Assembly: GCA_964408995.1 (NCBI GenBank)
Contig: CAYPBP010000001.1
Location: 10,823-74,822, forward strand
Direction of reading: 5' to 3'
Length of the DNA stretch: 64,000 bases
From: an uncultured Gammaproteobacteria bacterium
Lineage (GTDB): Bacteria > Patescibacteriota > Microgenomatia > UBA12405
The notes beneath the pieces were generated by a model. That model did not search any database. It had not been told where the DNA came from and saw only the letters and a list, made by a program, of their open reading frames with translations. The first letter of the stretch is position 1. Each line of letters starts with the position of its first letter. A program made the translations under genes and the position numbers. Below are positions 1 through 10,565 of the stretch, piece by piece.

Positions 1-1
1 T

Positions 2-529
2 GTTTTTATCAGAGAAAGACCAGGTATTCGTCAAACTTCATTTGAAGATACTTTACCTATAGATATCAACCATACTTATTTTCAATCTTTTAATTCTGAT
101 CAAGACAATCTTAATTCAGTTTCTGTCTTATTAAAAAATCCTGGATTAGAAAGCTATGATGCTGTTTATTTAGAAGTTTTGGATAATAAACAAAAGATAG
201 TTAGAGAATTAAGTATCTCTGGTCGGGGTATCCAAGATCCTGGTTGGTTAAACTTTAAATTTCCAGCATTAATTTCTAAAAAAGGGGATACATTTTTTAT
301 AAAAGTTAGTGGTAACAGTCAAAGAGACAATTTACTTTATGTTTATGGAAATTATGAAAATAAAAATATTAATTTCAAAACTACTTATACTACCTTAAGT
401 TTAAAAGATTCTGTTACAAAGACAATTGAAAATCAAAAAACTAAAATTCAACAAAGAAATTTTTATCAATCTGTAACTTATTCACTTTTAATTTTTCTAG
501 TTAATATTTTAATCTTCACTTTAATATAA
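2..529 (+). CDS. Hypothetical membrane-anchored protein, 5'-truncated by the window edge
   Basis: The frame of ORF 179..529 is open back to position 2; C-terminal hydrophobic helix. Confidence 0.7.
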   Translation, partial: VFIRERPGIRQTSFEDTLPIDINHTYFQSFNSDQDNLNSVSVLLKNPGLESYDAVYLEVLDNKQKIVRELSISGRGIQDPGWLNFKFPALISKKGDTFFIKVSGNSQRDNLLYVYGNYENKNINFKTTYTTLSLKDSVTKTIENQKTKIQQRNFYQSVTYSLLIFLVNILIFTLI

Positions 530-543
530 AATAAAGAATAGAA

Positions 544-2232
544 ATGAAAAAGAAATTTATCATCTTATTTTTAATAATATTCCTATCAGGAATAATTAGA
601 CTAATCTATTTAGATAGAATCCCTAACGGTATTAACAACGATGAATTACATTTTGTTTTAAACGCTAAGGCAATTTTTTATGGTTTTACCAATATTGAAG
701 GTAATATCAATCCTTTAAAACTTGCTGAAATGTCTAGTTTAATTTTTTCTCCCATCATAGGACTCCTCCCAACCAATCTCTTTACTGCTAAATTACCTTA
801 CGTAATTATTAGCTGCTTGTCTATACTATTAATTTATTTAATAACATTTAAATTAACTAAAAAAAATAATTTAGCCATAATTTCTTCTCTTGTTGCTGGA
901 ATTAATCCATGGAGTATTTATGTTAGTCGCACTTCTTTTGATGCTCCAATCGCTATTTTCTTTTTTTTATTAACTTTTTATCTTTTAAGTTCACTTAAAC
1001 CAAAGTATCTATATTTATCAATAATCACTGGTTATATAGCCTTCAATTCATATATTGGCACTAAAGTTTTACTTCTTCCATTTATTGTTATTAGTTCATA
1101 TTTTTTATGGAAATTTAACAAAAAAAATGGGAAACACTATTTAATAGTTACTTTAGGAGCATTACTAATCACTTTAAACTTTATTTTTACATTAAAAAGT
1201 CAACCTATTGGGAACAGGATAGGTGAAATAATAACTCCTTATTCTCAAAAAATTGTAGATCAAGTAAATCTTGAAAGAAGACAATCAATTCAATCAGAAC
1301 CATTTAAAAAAATATTAACTAATAAATATACTGTTTACACCAGAAAATTTATTGAAAAATATTTATATAATTTTTCTACAGACATTCTCTTCTTAAACGG
1401 TGATCACGCTGCTACTGGTTCACTTTGGAAACATGGTTATTTCTATTATATAGATGCATTTTTAATTATCATGGGAATCATTTATTTGTATATAAAAAGT
1501 CGAAGTTTTTTGTATCTTATCTGTTCCTTTATCCTTCTCTCTCCTGTTCCAGAAGCTATTCGGTCAGACTCTATTCCGTCTTATGTCTTTCATTCATCAT
1601 TTCAATATCCTTACCTTTTTATTCTTATTGCTGCTGGTATTCTCTTATTCTGGCAAACTTTTTCCAATAAATTTTTAAAATTTTTATTAATTGCTATCTA
1701 TTTAATAAGTTTTATCAATTTTATTGATATTTATTTTCTTAAATCTCCTATTTATCAATCAGAGTCTTTTGCTTCTAGTAATAGAATTGTTTCTAATTAT
1801 TTAAAATTAGAAAGTAGTAAAAATAGAGAAATATATGTTATTAGTCGTGAACCAGAAGTATTGTTTAGATCTTATTTATTTTTCTCTAACTCTTACCAAA
1901 AAAATAACTTCCATTTAATTAAAAATATCTATTCCAAATCGAAAGACAATATTTCATTTAAAAATATTCATTTTATAAACAACAATAAATATCTTCCTTC
2001 CGGTAACAACTACACTTTAATTTTTGATACAGATGATTTCGTTTTTAACGAAAAAGAACCAAAACTTTATATAAGTCGCCTCTCAGATGCCGGTAAAATT
2101 TTTTCAATCAACAGGGGATACACTTGCCAAAACTACAGTTTAATTAATTATCCTAATAATTTAAGTATTAAATCTATTAATATAGAAAAACTTGATGAAA
2201 AAAGTTTTTGTGAAAAATATATCACTATTTAA
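544..2232 (+). CDS. GT-C membrane glycosyltransferase (PMT/ArnT-like)
   Basis: 562 aa, multiple TM segments, NNDE acidic motif after TM1, 'PWSIYVSR' segment. Confidence 0.85.
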   Translation: MKKKFIILFLIIFLSGIIRLIYLDRIPNGINNDELHFVLNAKAIFYGFTNIEGNINPLKLAEMSSLIFSPIIGLLPTNLFTAKLPYVIISCLSILLIYLITFKLTKKNNLAIISSLVAGINPWSIYVSRTSFDAPIAIFFFLLTFYLLSSLKPKYLYLSIITGYIAFNSYIGTKVLLLPFIVISSYFLWKFNKKNGKHYLIVTLGALLITLNFIFTLKSQPIGNRIGEIITPYSQKIVDQVNLERRQSIQSEPFKKILTNKYTVYTRKFIEKYLYNFSTDILFLNGDHAATGSLWKHGYFYYIDAFLIIMGIIYLYIKSRSFLYLICSFILLSPVPEAIRSDSIPSYVFHSSFQYPYLFILIAAGILLFWQTFSNKFLKFLLIAIYLISFINFIDIYFLKSPIYQSESFASSNRIVSNYLKLESSKNREIYVISREPEVLFRSYLFFSNSYQKNNFHLIKNIYSKSKDNISFKNIHFINNNKYLPSGNNYTLIFDTDDFVFNEKEPKLYISRLSDAGKIFSINRGYTCQNYSLINYPNNLSIKSINIEKLDEKSFCEKYITI

Positions 2233-2235
2233 ATT

Positions 2236-3957
2236 ATGAAAAAAATATACATATTAAGTTTAATCCTACTTCTAACTTTTTCCTTTTTTCTTTATTTATA
2301 TAAAATTACAATTGTTCCACCATCTATTTTTTCAGATGAAGCCGATGCTAATTATCAAGCCTTTGTTTTTAACAATAGAGGTACCGATTATTTTGGCAAC
2401 AAATTTCCAATTCATTTTCATTCATATTCAGACTGGAGAACTCCATTTTATATCTATTCAATTGCCATTGTTCAAAAGTTTGTTGGACACACTGATTTTG
2501 CTGCTAGATTACCAGCTGCTATTTTTGGCATTTTAAGCGTTTTTGTGTTTTTCTTAATTTTAAAAAGTCTTTTTGAAAATCAAGTATGGGCCTTAATTGG
2601 ATCTTTTTTATTTTCCATTACACCATGGCTGTTCCATTACAGTCGAGTTGCTTTTGAAGCCACAGGCATGCTTCTTTTTTTACTTTTAGGTTTTTATTTT
2701 TGGATAAAATTCATTAATTTAAAAAAGGACAAGTTTTTGTTCTTTTCAGCCATTTCTTTTATTTTAACTGTTTATTTTTATAGCACTGCCAAATTATTTT
2801 TAATATTTATTGGCATAATTTTATTATCTATATGGTTTAAAACTTTAATAAATCTTTCCTTAAAAACAAAATTTATTCTAAGTTTGATTATTTTTATAAT
2901 GACTATTCCTTTTGTAGTAGATACTTTTAATGGTCGTGCTGGTTATCGTTTTTCTTATATAAATATTTTTAGTGATCCAACTATTAGTAAAACAGTTGAT
3001 TATCTTCGGCAAGAAGACTCTGTAATGGTTTATGGTCAACAAATAGGACTTAAGCCAACGTTTATTTCAAAGATTTTTCACAACAAACTATCTCAATGGA
3101 CAGAAATGTTTGTTAAAAATTATTTCTCTGCTTTTTCCACTGAATTTCTATTTCTAAAAGGAGACGGTAATCTTCGTCAAGGAATTCAAACTACAGGTAA
3201 TTTACTCTTTCCAGATTTGTTTTTAATAATTATTGGAATTTCTTCAATTTTTATTAAAAAATCACCAAATCGAAAATTTTATTTTTTCTTTTTGATAAGT
3301 TTGCTTTGTGCCCCAATTCCTTTTTCTTTAACTCGTGATTCAGCTTTTCCTCACGCCACTCGTCTTATTTTAATGTTGCCATTTTTGATTTTATTTTCAA
3401 CCATAGGTCTTAAACAAATTTTTGATATTACTAAATCAAAAATCTTTATTATTTTCATTCTATTTTTATATGTAATTTGTTTTAGTAGATATATTCATCA
3501 ATACTATTTTCATTATCCAAACATTTCAGCTCGTGATTGGCATTATGGAATGAAAGAGGCAGTTATTAAGGCTATAAGTATTAATAAATCAAAAACTTTT
3601 TTTATTAATTCATACGAGCCTTTTATGCCCTTCTTTTTAAATTATAGTGAATATCTACCTTCAAACAAAAATATTTCTCCAGCCAAAGCTTTAGTTTGGG
3701 ATAATAATTCCTTTTTTACTGGTATGCAAGCTGAAAATAAATACTATCTTGGTACTATTGAGTGGTCTAATATGCTTAGTAATATTCCTAATAATTCTCT
3801 TTTTGTTATTCCAGAAAAAGAATTGATTAGAATTAAAAATAGTTTAGAAGACTATAACAAAAATCATCAAACTAAAATTAGTTTTGAACAAATTGATCAA
3901 GTTGAAAAAAAATATACCGAACAAGAAAAAATTTATTTAATCAATTTTAACCAATGA
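2236..3957 (+). CDS. GT-C membrane glycosyltransferase (PMT/ArnT-like)
   Basis: 573 aa, FSDE motif, 'ARLPAAIFG', 'PWLFHYSR'; paralogous to its neighbours. Confidence 0.85.
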   Translation: MKKIYILSLILLLTFSFFLYLYKITIVPPSIFSDEADANYQAFVFNNRGTDYFGNKFPIHFHSYSDWRTPFYIYSIAIVQKFVGHTDFAARLPAAIFGILSVFVFFLILKSLFENQVWALIGSFLFSITPWLFHYSRVAFEATGMLLFLLLGFYFWIKFINLKKDKFLFFSAISFILTVYFYSTAKLFLIFIGIILLSIWFKTLINLSLKTKFILSLIIFIMTIPFVVDTFNGRAGYRFSYINIFSDPTISKTVDYLRQEDSVMVYGQQIGLKPTFISKIFHNKLSQWTEMFVKNYFSAFSTEFLFLKGDGNLRQGIQTTGNLLFPDLFLIIIGISSIFIKKSPNRKFYFFFLISLLCAPIPFSLTRDSAFPHATRLILMLPFLILFSTIGLKQIFDITKSKIFIIFILFLYVICFSRYIHQYYFHYPNISARDWHYGMKEAVIKAISINKSKTFFINSYEPFMPFFLNYSEYLPSNKNISPAKALVWDNNSFFTGMQAENKYYLGTIEWSNMLSNIPNNSLFVIPEKELIRIKNSLEDYNKNHQTKISFEQIDQVEKKYTEQEKIYLINFNQ

Positions 3958-5633
3958 AGTCTAAAAAAAATATTATTCTTTTAATTTGTCTTTTTCTAAT
4001 TTCCATAATCACTTTTTATCGTCTTTTAAGACCTGGTTATTTTTCTATGATGGATGATATGCATGTTTTTAGATTAGATCAACTAGATAACTGTCTAAAA
4101 GATGGTCAAATACCTTGCAGGGTTATAAAAGATGGGGGAATGGGCTATGGTTACCCTCTCTTTAATTATTACTCACCACTAGCCTATGGTATAGCTGAAT
4201 TTTTTCACTTAATTGGTTTTAGTTTAATTAATAGTCTTAAAATAACCTTTGCTTCTTGTCATCTGATTGGTGTTTTTGGAATGTATTTTTTTGCTAGCAT
4301 TTTTTGGGGAAAACTAGGTGCTTTTATTTCAGCTATTATTTTTCTCTTAGCTCCTTACCAAGCCACCGATAGCTTTGTCAGAGGCGCTCTTTCTGAATCT
4401 TTAGCTATTAATATAATTCCCTGGGTTTTTTATTTTCTAACTAAATTCATTAAAAATTTCAAATTAAAAATTAAAAATTGGATTTTTCTAACCATATCTC
4501 TATCAGCTCTTTTGTTAAGTCACAATCTTACTAGTCTAGCTATTGCTCCAGTTCTTATTGTTTATTCGCTTTTAATTTTATTTAAAAATAAGAACTTAAA
4601 TGCTAAATCAATCTTTAAATTATCTATTCCTGTTTTAATTTCTGTTGGAATTAGTTCTTTCTTTTTATTACCAGCAATCTTTGAAAAAAACTTAGTTACT
4701 GTTGACACTATGACTCAGGGTTATTTTCAATACATTATTCATTTTGCCACTTTAAATCAATTATTTATTTCTCGCTTTTGGGGATTTGGAGCTTCACTTT
4801 GGGGCCCAATTGATGATATGGCTTTTTCAATTGGTCTTGTTCAATGGCTACTTCCTTTAATATCAATTTTATTTTTATTTTTCAAACGAAATCAAATCAA
4901 AACAAAACAATTGGCTTTGGTTATTTTATTTTTCTTTATTTTTCTTTTTTCAGTTTTTCTAACCCACAACAAATCAACTTTTATTTGGCAAATGTTTCCT
5001 CTTATGGCTTTTTACCAATTTCCATGGCGCTTTTTATCAATCGCCATTTTTGCCTCATCTTTTGTTGCTGGATCAATAATCTTATTAGTTAATAAAAAAC
5101 AACAAATATTAACAGTAGTTCTTGTCTCCATAATCACTATTATTTTAAATTTCTCTTATTTCAAAGAAGATATTTGGTTTCCTAATCTAACTGACACTCA
5201 AAAACTATCATCATCAGAAATAATTGCTCAAAGTGGTGCTGGTCTAAAAGATTATTGGCCCAAATATGGTCAAAGTTTTCCAACTTCTTTTGCTCCAGAA
5301 AAACCAATTGTTTCCGATAATATCGTTATAACTAATTACAATAAAAAAAGTAATCAAATTAATTTAACTATTATTGCCAATAGCAATGGAAAAATTACTT
5401 TACCTTTAGTTTATTTTCCAAATTGGCAATTATTTGTAAATAATCAAAAAACTAATTTTGAAATTAATAAAGAGTTAGGGTTAATTGAATTTAATGTAAG
5501 TAAGGGTAACCATTACATTTTGTTAAAATTAACCAACACTCCAATCAGAACAGCAAGCAACTTAATCAGTATTATTAGTCTAGCTTTAGCTATAATTATT
5601 GCCATAAGATCAAATCGAAAAAATGAAAAATAA
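3954..5633 (+). CDS. GT-C-type membrane protein (PTPS-related/YfhO-like)
   Basis: 559 aa, 'GYGYPLFNYYSPL', 'QFPWRFL', C-terminal 'YFPNW' YfhO-like segment. Confidence 0.75.
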   Translation: MKSKKNIILLICLFLISIITFYRLLRPGYFSMMDDMHVFRLDQLDNCLKDGQIPCRVIKDGGMGYGYPLFNYYSPLAYGIAEFFHLIGFSLINSLKITFASCHLIGVFGMYFFASIFWGKLGAFISAIIFLLAPYQATDSFVRGALSESLAINIIPWVFYFLTKFIKNFKLKIKNWIFLTISLSALLLSHNLTSLAIAPVLIVYSLLILFKNKNLNAKSIFKLSIPVLISVGISSFFLLPAIFEKNLVTVDTMTQGYFQYIIHFATLNQLFISRFWGFGASLWGPIDDMAFSIGLVQWLLPLISILFLFFKRNQIKTKQLALVILFFFIFLFSVFLTHNKSTFIWQMFPLMAFYQFPWRFLSIAIFASSFVAGSIILLVNKKQQILTVVLVSIITIILNFSYFKEDIWFPNLTDTQKLSSSEIIAQSGAGLKDYWPKYGQSFPTSFAPEKPIVSDNIVITNYNKKSNQINLTIIANSNGKITLPLVYFPNWQLFVNNQKTNFEINKELGLIEFNVSKGNHYILLKLTNTPIRTASNLISIISLALAIIIAIRSNRKNEK

Positions 5634-7326
5634 TTTAAATAAAAATAAAGGTGCCCTGTCAAGGGAAAGGTGGTACGAAGTACCAAAGGGTTTATTTATT
5701 TTAATTACCATAATTGCTTTTTTTCTTCGACTTTGGCAATTAGATAAATTCCCTGTTGGTTTAAATTGGGATGAAGTTAGTCATGGTTATAACGCTTATA
5801 GCCTCTTAAATACAGCTAAAGATCAGTGGGGGAGTAAATTACCTATTTTTAATTTTAGAGCCTATGGTGATTACCCTACTACCCTTAATATGTATCTTTC
5901 AATGCCCTTTATATATTTCTTTGGTTTAAACGAATGGACTACTAGAATTGTCTCCGCTCTTTGTGGTTTTGGGTTAGTTATAATTTCCTATTTTTTAGGA
6001 AAAGAACTATTCCGTAATTCAAAAAATGCTTATTTACTAATGTTATTAGTAGCCTTATCTCCATGGACATTATTTCCATCCAGGGCTGTTTTCCAATCCA
6101 CCGTGGCTCAATTTTTTCTTGTTCTTGGAATTTTATTCTTAATTAAATCAATCAAAAAAATAAATTTTATTTTGCCAGCAGTTTTCTTCACATCAATTTC
6201 TACTTATGCTTATCATAATACTAAAATAGTTGTTCCATTTTTGCTTTTTTTCTACTTTATTATCTTTTTTAAAAACATCAAAGAAAAATTTAATAAACAT
6301 AAAAAACTTTTTACAGCTAGTTTGTTGATTCTTTCTTTTTTACTAATTCCCCAAATAATCAATACTTTCAACAAAGAGGCTCAAGCCAGAAGTCGATGGG
6401 TTTTTGCTATTAACCCAGCTTCGATTAATGAAATAGAAAATAATCGAAATAATTATCAAGGTAATAAATTTATTGCCAAATTAAAATACAATCGAGTAAC
6501 TTTTTTTTCCTCTGTTGTCACCAAAAATTATCTTGGTTTTATTAATCCTAAAATATTATTTTTTGACAGCACTCAAAATTTTCAATTTAACATCCCAAAA
6601 AGTGGTGTTCTTTTTCCAATATGCCTCCCATTCTTTTACATTGGGCTAGTAATACTATTTATAAAATTATTCAAAAAAGATCAGCTGTCATTTTTTCTAT
6701 TATCTTGGTTCCTAATCGGTTTAATTCCAGCAGTTATCACTGTTGGAGATTTTCCAATCATTAGAGGCATGACTATATTACCTCTTCCCCAAATTTTTAT
6801 AATTTATGGTCTTTCCCAAATTATTTCTTTATTAAAAGATAAAAAATTAAAATCAATCTTTATTTCTTTATTTCTATTAATTTTAATAATTCAATCAATT
6901 ATTTATCTTAAAAATTATTTCATTGATTACTCAAAAAACTATTCTAGCTCTTGGCAATATGGTTACAAAGAATCTATTAGCTATATAAAAGAAAATTATC
7001 ATAATTATGATCAAATAATCTTCACCAAGAAATATGGTGAAGCCCATGAATTCATATTATTTTATTGGCCATGGGATCCAAAATCATATCAAACAGATAC
7101 TCGTAAAAATTGGGGTTTTCATACTGATTGGTATTGGGTTAACGCTTTTGATAAATTCAAATTTATAAATGATTGGGAAATAAAAAAAGAAACCGAAAAT
7201 GTTAATCAAAAAACTCTTTTAATAACATCCCCTGACAACTATAATAAAAACAATACTACCTTACTTAAAACTATTTATTTTTTAAACAATTCACCTGCTT
7301 TCGATATTTTAACTATCAATGACTAA
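5623..7326 (+). CDS. GT-C membrane glycosyltransferase (PMT/ArnT-like)
   Basis: 567 aa, 'NWDEVSHGYNAYS' motif; N-terminus carries a REP-like insertion. Confidence 0.85.
   Translation: MKNNLNKNKGALSRERWYEVPKGLFILITIIAFFLRLWQLDKFPVGLNWDEVSHGYNAYSLLNTAKDQWGSKLPIFNFRAYGDYPTTLNMYLSMPFIYFFGLNEWTTRIVSALCGFGLVIISYFLGKELFRNSKNAYLLMLLVALSPWTLFPSRAVFQSTVAQFFLVLGILFLIKSIKKINFILPAVFFTSISTYAYHNTKIVVPFLLFFYFIIFFKNIKEKFNKHKKLFTASLLILSFLLIPQIINTFNKEAQARSRWVFAINPASINEIENNRNNYQGNKFIAKLKYNRVTFFSSVVTKNYLGFINPKILFFDSTQNFQFNIPKSGVLFPICLPFFYIGLVILFIKLFKKDQLSFFLLSWFLIGLIPAVITVGDFPIIRGMTILPLPQIFIIYGLSQIISLLKDKKLKSIFISLFLLILIIQSIIYLKNYFIDYSKNYSSSWQYGYKESISYIKENYHNYDQIIFTKKYGEAHEFILFYWPWDPKSYQTDTRKNWGFHTDWYWVNAFDKFKFINDWEIKKETENVNQKTLLITSPDNYNKNNTTLLKTIYFLNNSPAFDILTIND
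5648..5694 (+). repeat. 47-bp REP-like double-hairpin element, copy 1 (intragenic)
   Basis: aaggtgccctgtcaagggaaaggtggtacgaagtaccaaagggttta, identical to 58350-58396. Confidence 0.9.
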
Positions 7327-8959
7327 AAATATTAAATTTTTTCTAATAATTGTTTTTATAGTTTCTTTTTTTATAAGATTCTATAAAGTAGGGGAATATC
7401 CTCCACTTCTTTGGGATGAGGCCGCACTTGGTTACAATGCTTATTCCATAATAGAAACTGGCAGGGATGAATATGGCAAAATTACCCCAATTATTTTTAA
7501 ATCATTTGGTGACCATAAACCTGGACTTTATGTTTATCTAGCTATTCCTTTTATAAAATTATTTGGGTTAAATGCCATTGCTACCAGACTACCATCAATT
7601 TTACTTGGATCTTTATTGCCAATTTTAATTTATTTTTTAATCAAAGAGATTAATCAAAAAAGCCATAAAACAGCCATTATTGCGGCTATTATTACAAGCC
7701 TTAACCCTTATTCCATTCATTTTTCCAAAGGTGCTTGGGAAACTAATGTTTTAACTTTTGAATTAGTGTTAGCCTCATATTTTTTCTTCAAATATATTAA
7801 TAAAAAAATAAATAAATATTTGTTATTTTCTGCTATCACTTTTGGTTTAACTCTTTTTACCTATCAAGCTGGCAAAATGATAAGTTTGTTTTTAATTATC
7901 ATTTTGTTCTTAACAAATTTACAAATAGTAAAAATAAAAAATATAAAACCATTATTTTTGAATTTTGTTTTACCTCTCTTTATTTTTTCTATCCCTATTA
8001 TTTACGGAATATTTTTTTCCAATAATACTAATCGTTTAAAAGTTGTTAGTTTATTTTCTTATCCCAGATCAGAAATTGAAACTCAAACTATAATCAACGA
8101 ATCAAGTAAAATTAATTATCAAATATTCTACAATCAATCAATTTTCTTTTTAAGAAATTTTTCTTCTCGTTATCTAAATCATTTTTCTCCTAGATTTTTA
8201 GCTTTTGAAGGAGATTGGCAAAGCCCACGTCACTCAGCTCCATACGTTGGCGTTATACTTTATCCAAGTCTTTTGTTTTTAATCATCGGAATTTTCTTTG
8301 CCTTAAGTCGTCAAAAAATAGACAAACTTAATCTTTTCTTTTTCCTTTGGCTTTTAGTAGCCCCAATACCAGCGGCTCTAACCAGAGATTCCCTTCAAGC
8401 AGTTAGGGTTATGTCTCTTTCCATTCCTTTAATTTATTTTATTTCTCTTGGAATTTATGTTGTCATTAATAAATATAAAAACATATTTTTATATAGTCTA
8501 ATTATTGGTGCTTATTTAATTTCTTTTATTTACTATAGTGATCTTTATTTAAATCATATGGTTAAAAAAAGTCCAGATGATTTTCTTTATGGCTACAAAC
8601 AATCTATGGATTATTTAATAAAAAATAAGAATAATTTTAATCAAATAATTATGAGTGATTATTATGGTCAAGCTTATATCTATTACCTTTTTTATTCAAA
8701 ATATCCACCTAAAATTTATCAACAACAAGCCAAATTAACAGAAAATTTATCTGGTGATACAGGAAGAGTTGAAAAAATAGACAATATTAAATTTACTACC
8801 CCAGATTTTAATGTAATTAAAGATCAACCATCTTCTCTGGCTGTTTTTAATTATAATGAAATATACCGTCAAACAATTGACAAGTCAGATAATTTTAAAA
8901 ACTTTTTACCACTAAGTCCAATAAATAATATTTCCACTTTTTATGGCTACCAAAATTAA
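7319..8959 (+). CDS. GT-C membrane glycosyltransferase (PMT/ArnT-like)
   Basis: 546 aa, 'WDEAALGYNAYS', 'SFGDHKPG'. Confidence 0.85.
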   Translation: MTKNIKFFLIIVFIVSFFIRFYKVGEYPPLLWDEAALGYNAYSIIETGRDEYGKITPIIFKSFGDHKPGLYVYLAIPFIKLFGLNAIATRLPSILLGSLLPILIYFLIKEINQKSHKTAIIAAIITSLNPYSIHFSKGAWETNVLTFELVLASYFFFKYINKKINKYLLFSAITFGLTLFTYQAGKMISLFLIIILFLTNLQIVKIKNIKPLFLNFVLPLFIFSIPIIYGIFFSNNTNRLKVVSLFSYPRSEIETQTIINESSKINYQIFYNQSIFFLRNFSSRYLNHFSPRFLAFEGDWQSPRHSAPYVGVILYPSLLFLIIGIFFALSRQKIDKLNLFFFLWLLVAPIPAALTRDSLQAVRVMSLSIPLIYFISLGIYVVINKYKNIFLYSLIIGAYLISFIYYSDLYLNHMVKKSPDDFLYGYKQSMDYLIKNKNNFNQIIMSDYYGQAYIYYLFYSKYPPKIYQQQAKLTENLSGDTGRVEKIDNIKFTTPDFNVIKDQPSSLAVFNYNEIYRQTIDKSDNFKNFLPLSPINNISTFYGYQN

Positions 8960-10565
8960 CAAAATACCATTAATAATTATTCTTCTAATTGCCTTTCTAA
9001 TTAGATTTATTAATTTAAACACTACTCCAGCCCTAAACCCTGATGAGGCCGCTCTTGGTTACAATGCTTATTCTCTTTTAGAAACTGGTAAAGACGAACA
9101 TGGAGACCCTTGGCCACTCCATTTTAAGTCTTTTGGTGATTTCAAACCGGGTGGCTATGTTTATTTAGCCTTACCTTTCGTTAAAATATTAGGGCTCACA
9201 CCATTGGCCGTCAGATTGCCAAATTTAATCTTAGCAGTATTAACCATCCTTTTTTTATATAAATTAATATTACTTCTCTCAAAATCTAACGCTCTAGCTC
9301 TCTTAAGCTCTATCGTTTTATGTTTATCTCCTTGGCACATTCATTTTAGTCGTGGAGCTTGGGAATCTTCGGCCGCTCTTTCCTTTATTGTTATTGGTAC
9401 CTATTTCTTTTTCAAATCAATTAAAGAAAAGTTTTTATTAAATTTTAGTATTTTTGTTATTCTTTACATCCTGTCTTTGTACATTTATCATTCAGCTCGT
9501 CTTATCGCTCCACTTTTAGCCTTTACCTTAGTTATTCTTTATTTTAAATTTTTGTTAACAAAACTTCCAAAAATATTAATCCCTATCATTTTTGGAATTA
9601 TTCTAGCCATACCAGTGGCTTTTTCATTTTTAAATAATGGTGGGACAAAGCGTCTCGGTGGAGTCGGGCTAACTGCCGATCAAGGTCCAATTTGGAGAGC
9701 TAATGAGCTTATAAACCATCATAATAATGTTAAGTTAATCAACAGGGGAATGCATAATAAAAGAATTTTATACTTAGTATCTTGGGCTCAAAAATATACT
9801 TCCCACTTTGATTTAAATTTTCTAGCAATTAATGGAGATGAAGTTCCTAGATCAAAAGTTCCTGAAATGGGCCAAATACATTTAATAGAATTACCATTTT
9901 TAATATTAGGTATTATATTTTTATTAAAAACTATTTTGTTTAATAAAAAATCCAAGATTTTTATCTTAGCCTTTTTATTAATATCTCCAATTGCCTCATC
10001 CTTAACTTTTCAAGCTCCATCAGCTCTTAGGGCCTTAGCCATGGTTATACCTATATCCATTTTAATTGCTAGTGGTATTTATTATTTCTTTACTTTATTT
10101 AAAAATAAAAATCTATTTAAGATAATTACTCTTATTTTTATAATCATTTATAGTTATTTTGTTGCCTATTATTTAGACGCTTATTTTGTCCATTATCCTA
10201 AAAGATATCCTTTTGCTTGGCAATATGGTTTTGATCAACTAGTTCCTTATCTAGAGCAAGAAAAAGATAAGTACAGTCAAATCTATGTAACTAATAAATA
10301 CGATCAACCTTATATCCTCTTTTTATTCTATTCTCAATATCCACCACAACTTATTCAATCACAAATAAAATTAACTCCACCAGATAATTTTGGTTTTTCT
10401 ACTGTTTTAGATTACAATAAATATCATTTTGAAAAAATTAATTGGGATAATATTCCATTAAATTCATTGGTTGTAACCAGTGATGAAGAAGCTCTTTTAA
10501 ATCCTTATAAAGTTATAAATTTCCCAAATGGCCAACCAGGGTTTAAAATATATTCAAAACAATGA
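8943..10565 (+). CDS. GT-C membrane glycosyltransferase (PMT/ArnT-like)
   Basis: 540 aa, 'PDEAALGYNAYS', 'SFGDFKPG'; close paralog of the upstream gene. Confidence 0.85.
   Translation: MATKINKIPLIIILLIAFLIRFINLNTTPALNPDEAALGYNAYSLLETGKDEHGDPWPLHFKSFGDFKPGGYVYLALPFVKILGLTPLAVRLPNLILAVLTILFLYKLILLLSKSNALALLSSIVLCLSPWHIHFSRGAWESSAALSFIVIGTYFFFKSIKEKFLLNFSIFVILYILSLYIYHSARLIAPLLAFTLVILYFKFLLTKLPKILIPIIFGIILAIPVAFSFLNNGGTKRLGGVGLTADQGPIWRANELINHHNNVKLINRGMHNKRILYLVSWAQKYTSHFDLNFLAINGDEVPRSKVPEMGQIHLIELPFLILGIIFLLKTILFNKKSKIFILAFLLISPIASSLTFQAPSALRALAMVIPISILIASGIYYFFTLFKNKNLFKIITLIFIIIYSYFVAYYLDAYFVHYPKRYPFAWQYGFDQLVPYLEQEKDKYSQIYVTNKYDQPYILFLFYSQYPPQLIQSQIKLTPPDNFGFSTVLDYNKYHFEKINWDNIPLNSLVVTSDEEALLNPYKVINFPNGQPGFKIYSKQ

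Noticed and set aside
957-968. Poly-T/poly-A tracts as phase-variation sites
   Set aside because: Homopolymers are common at this AT content, encode Phe/Lys runs, and no frameshifted gene is seen.
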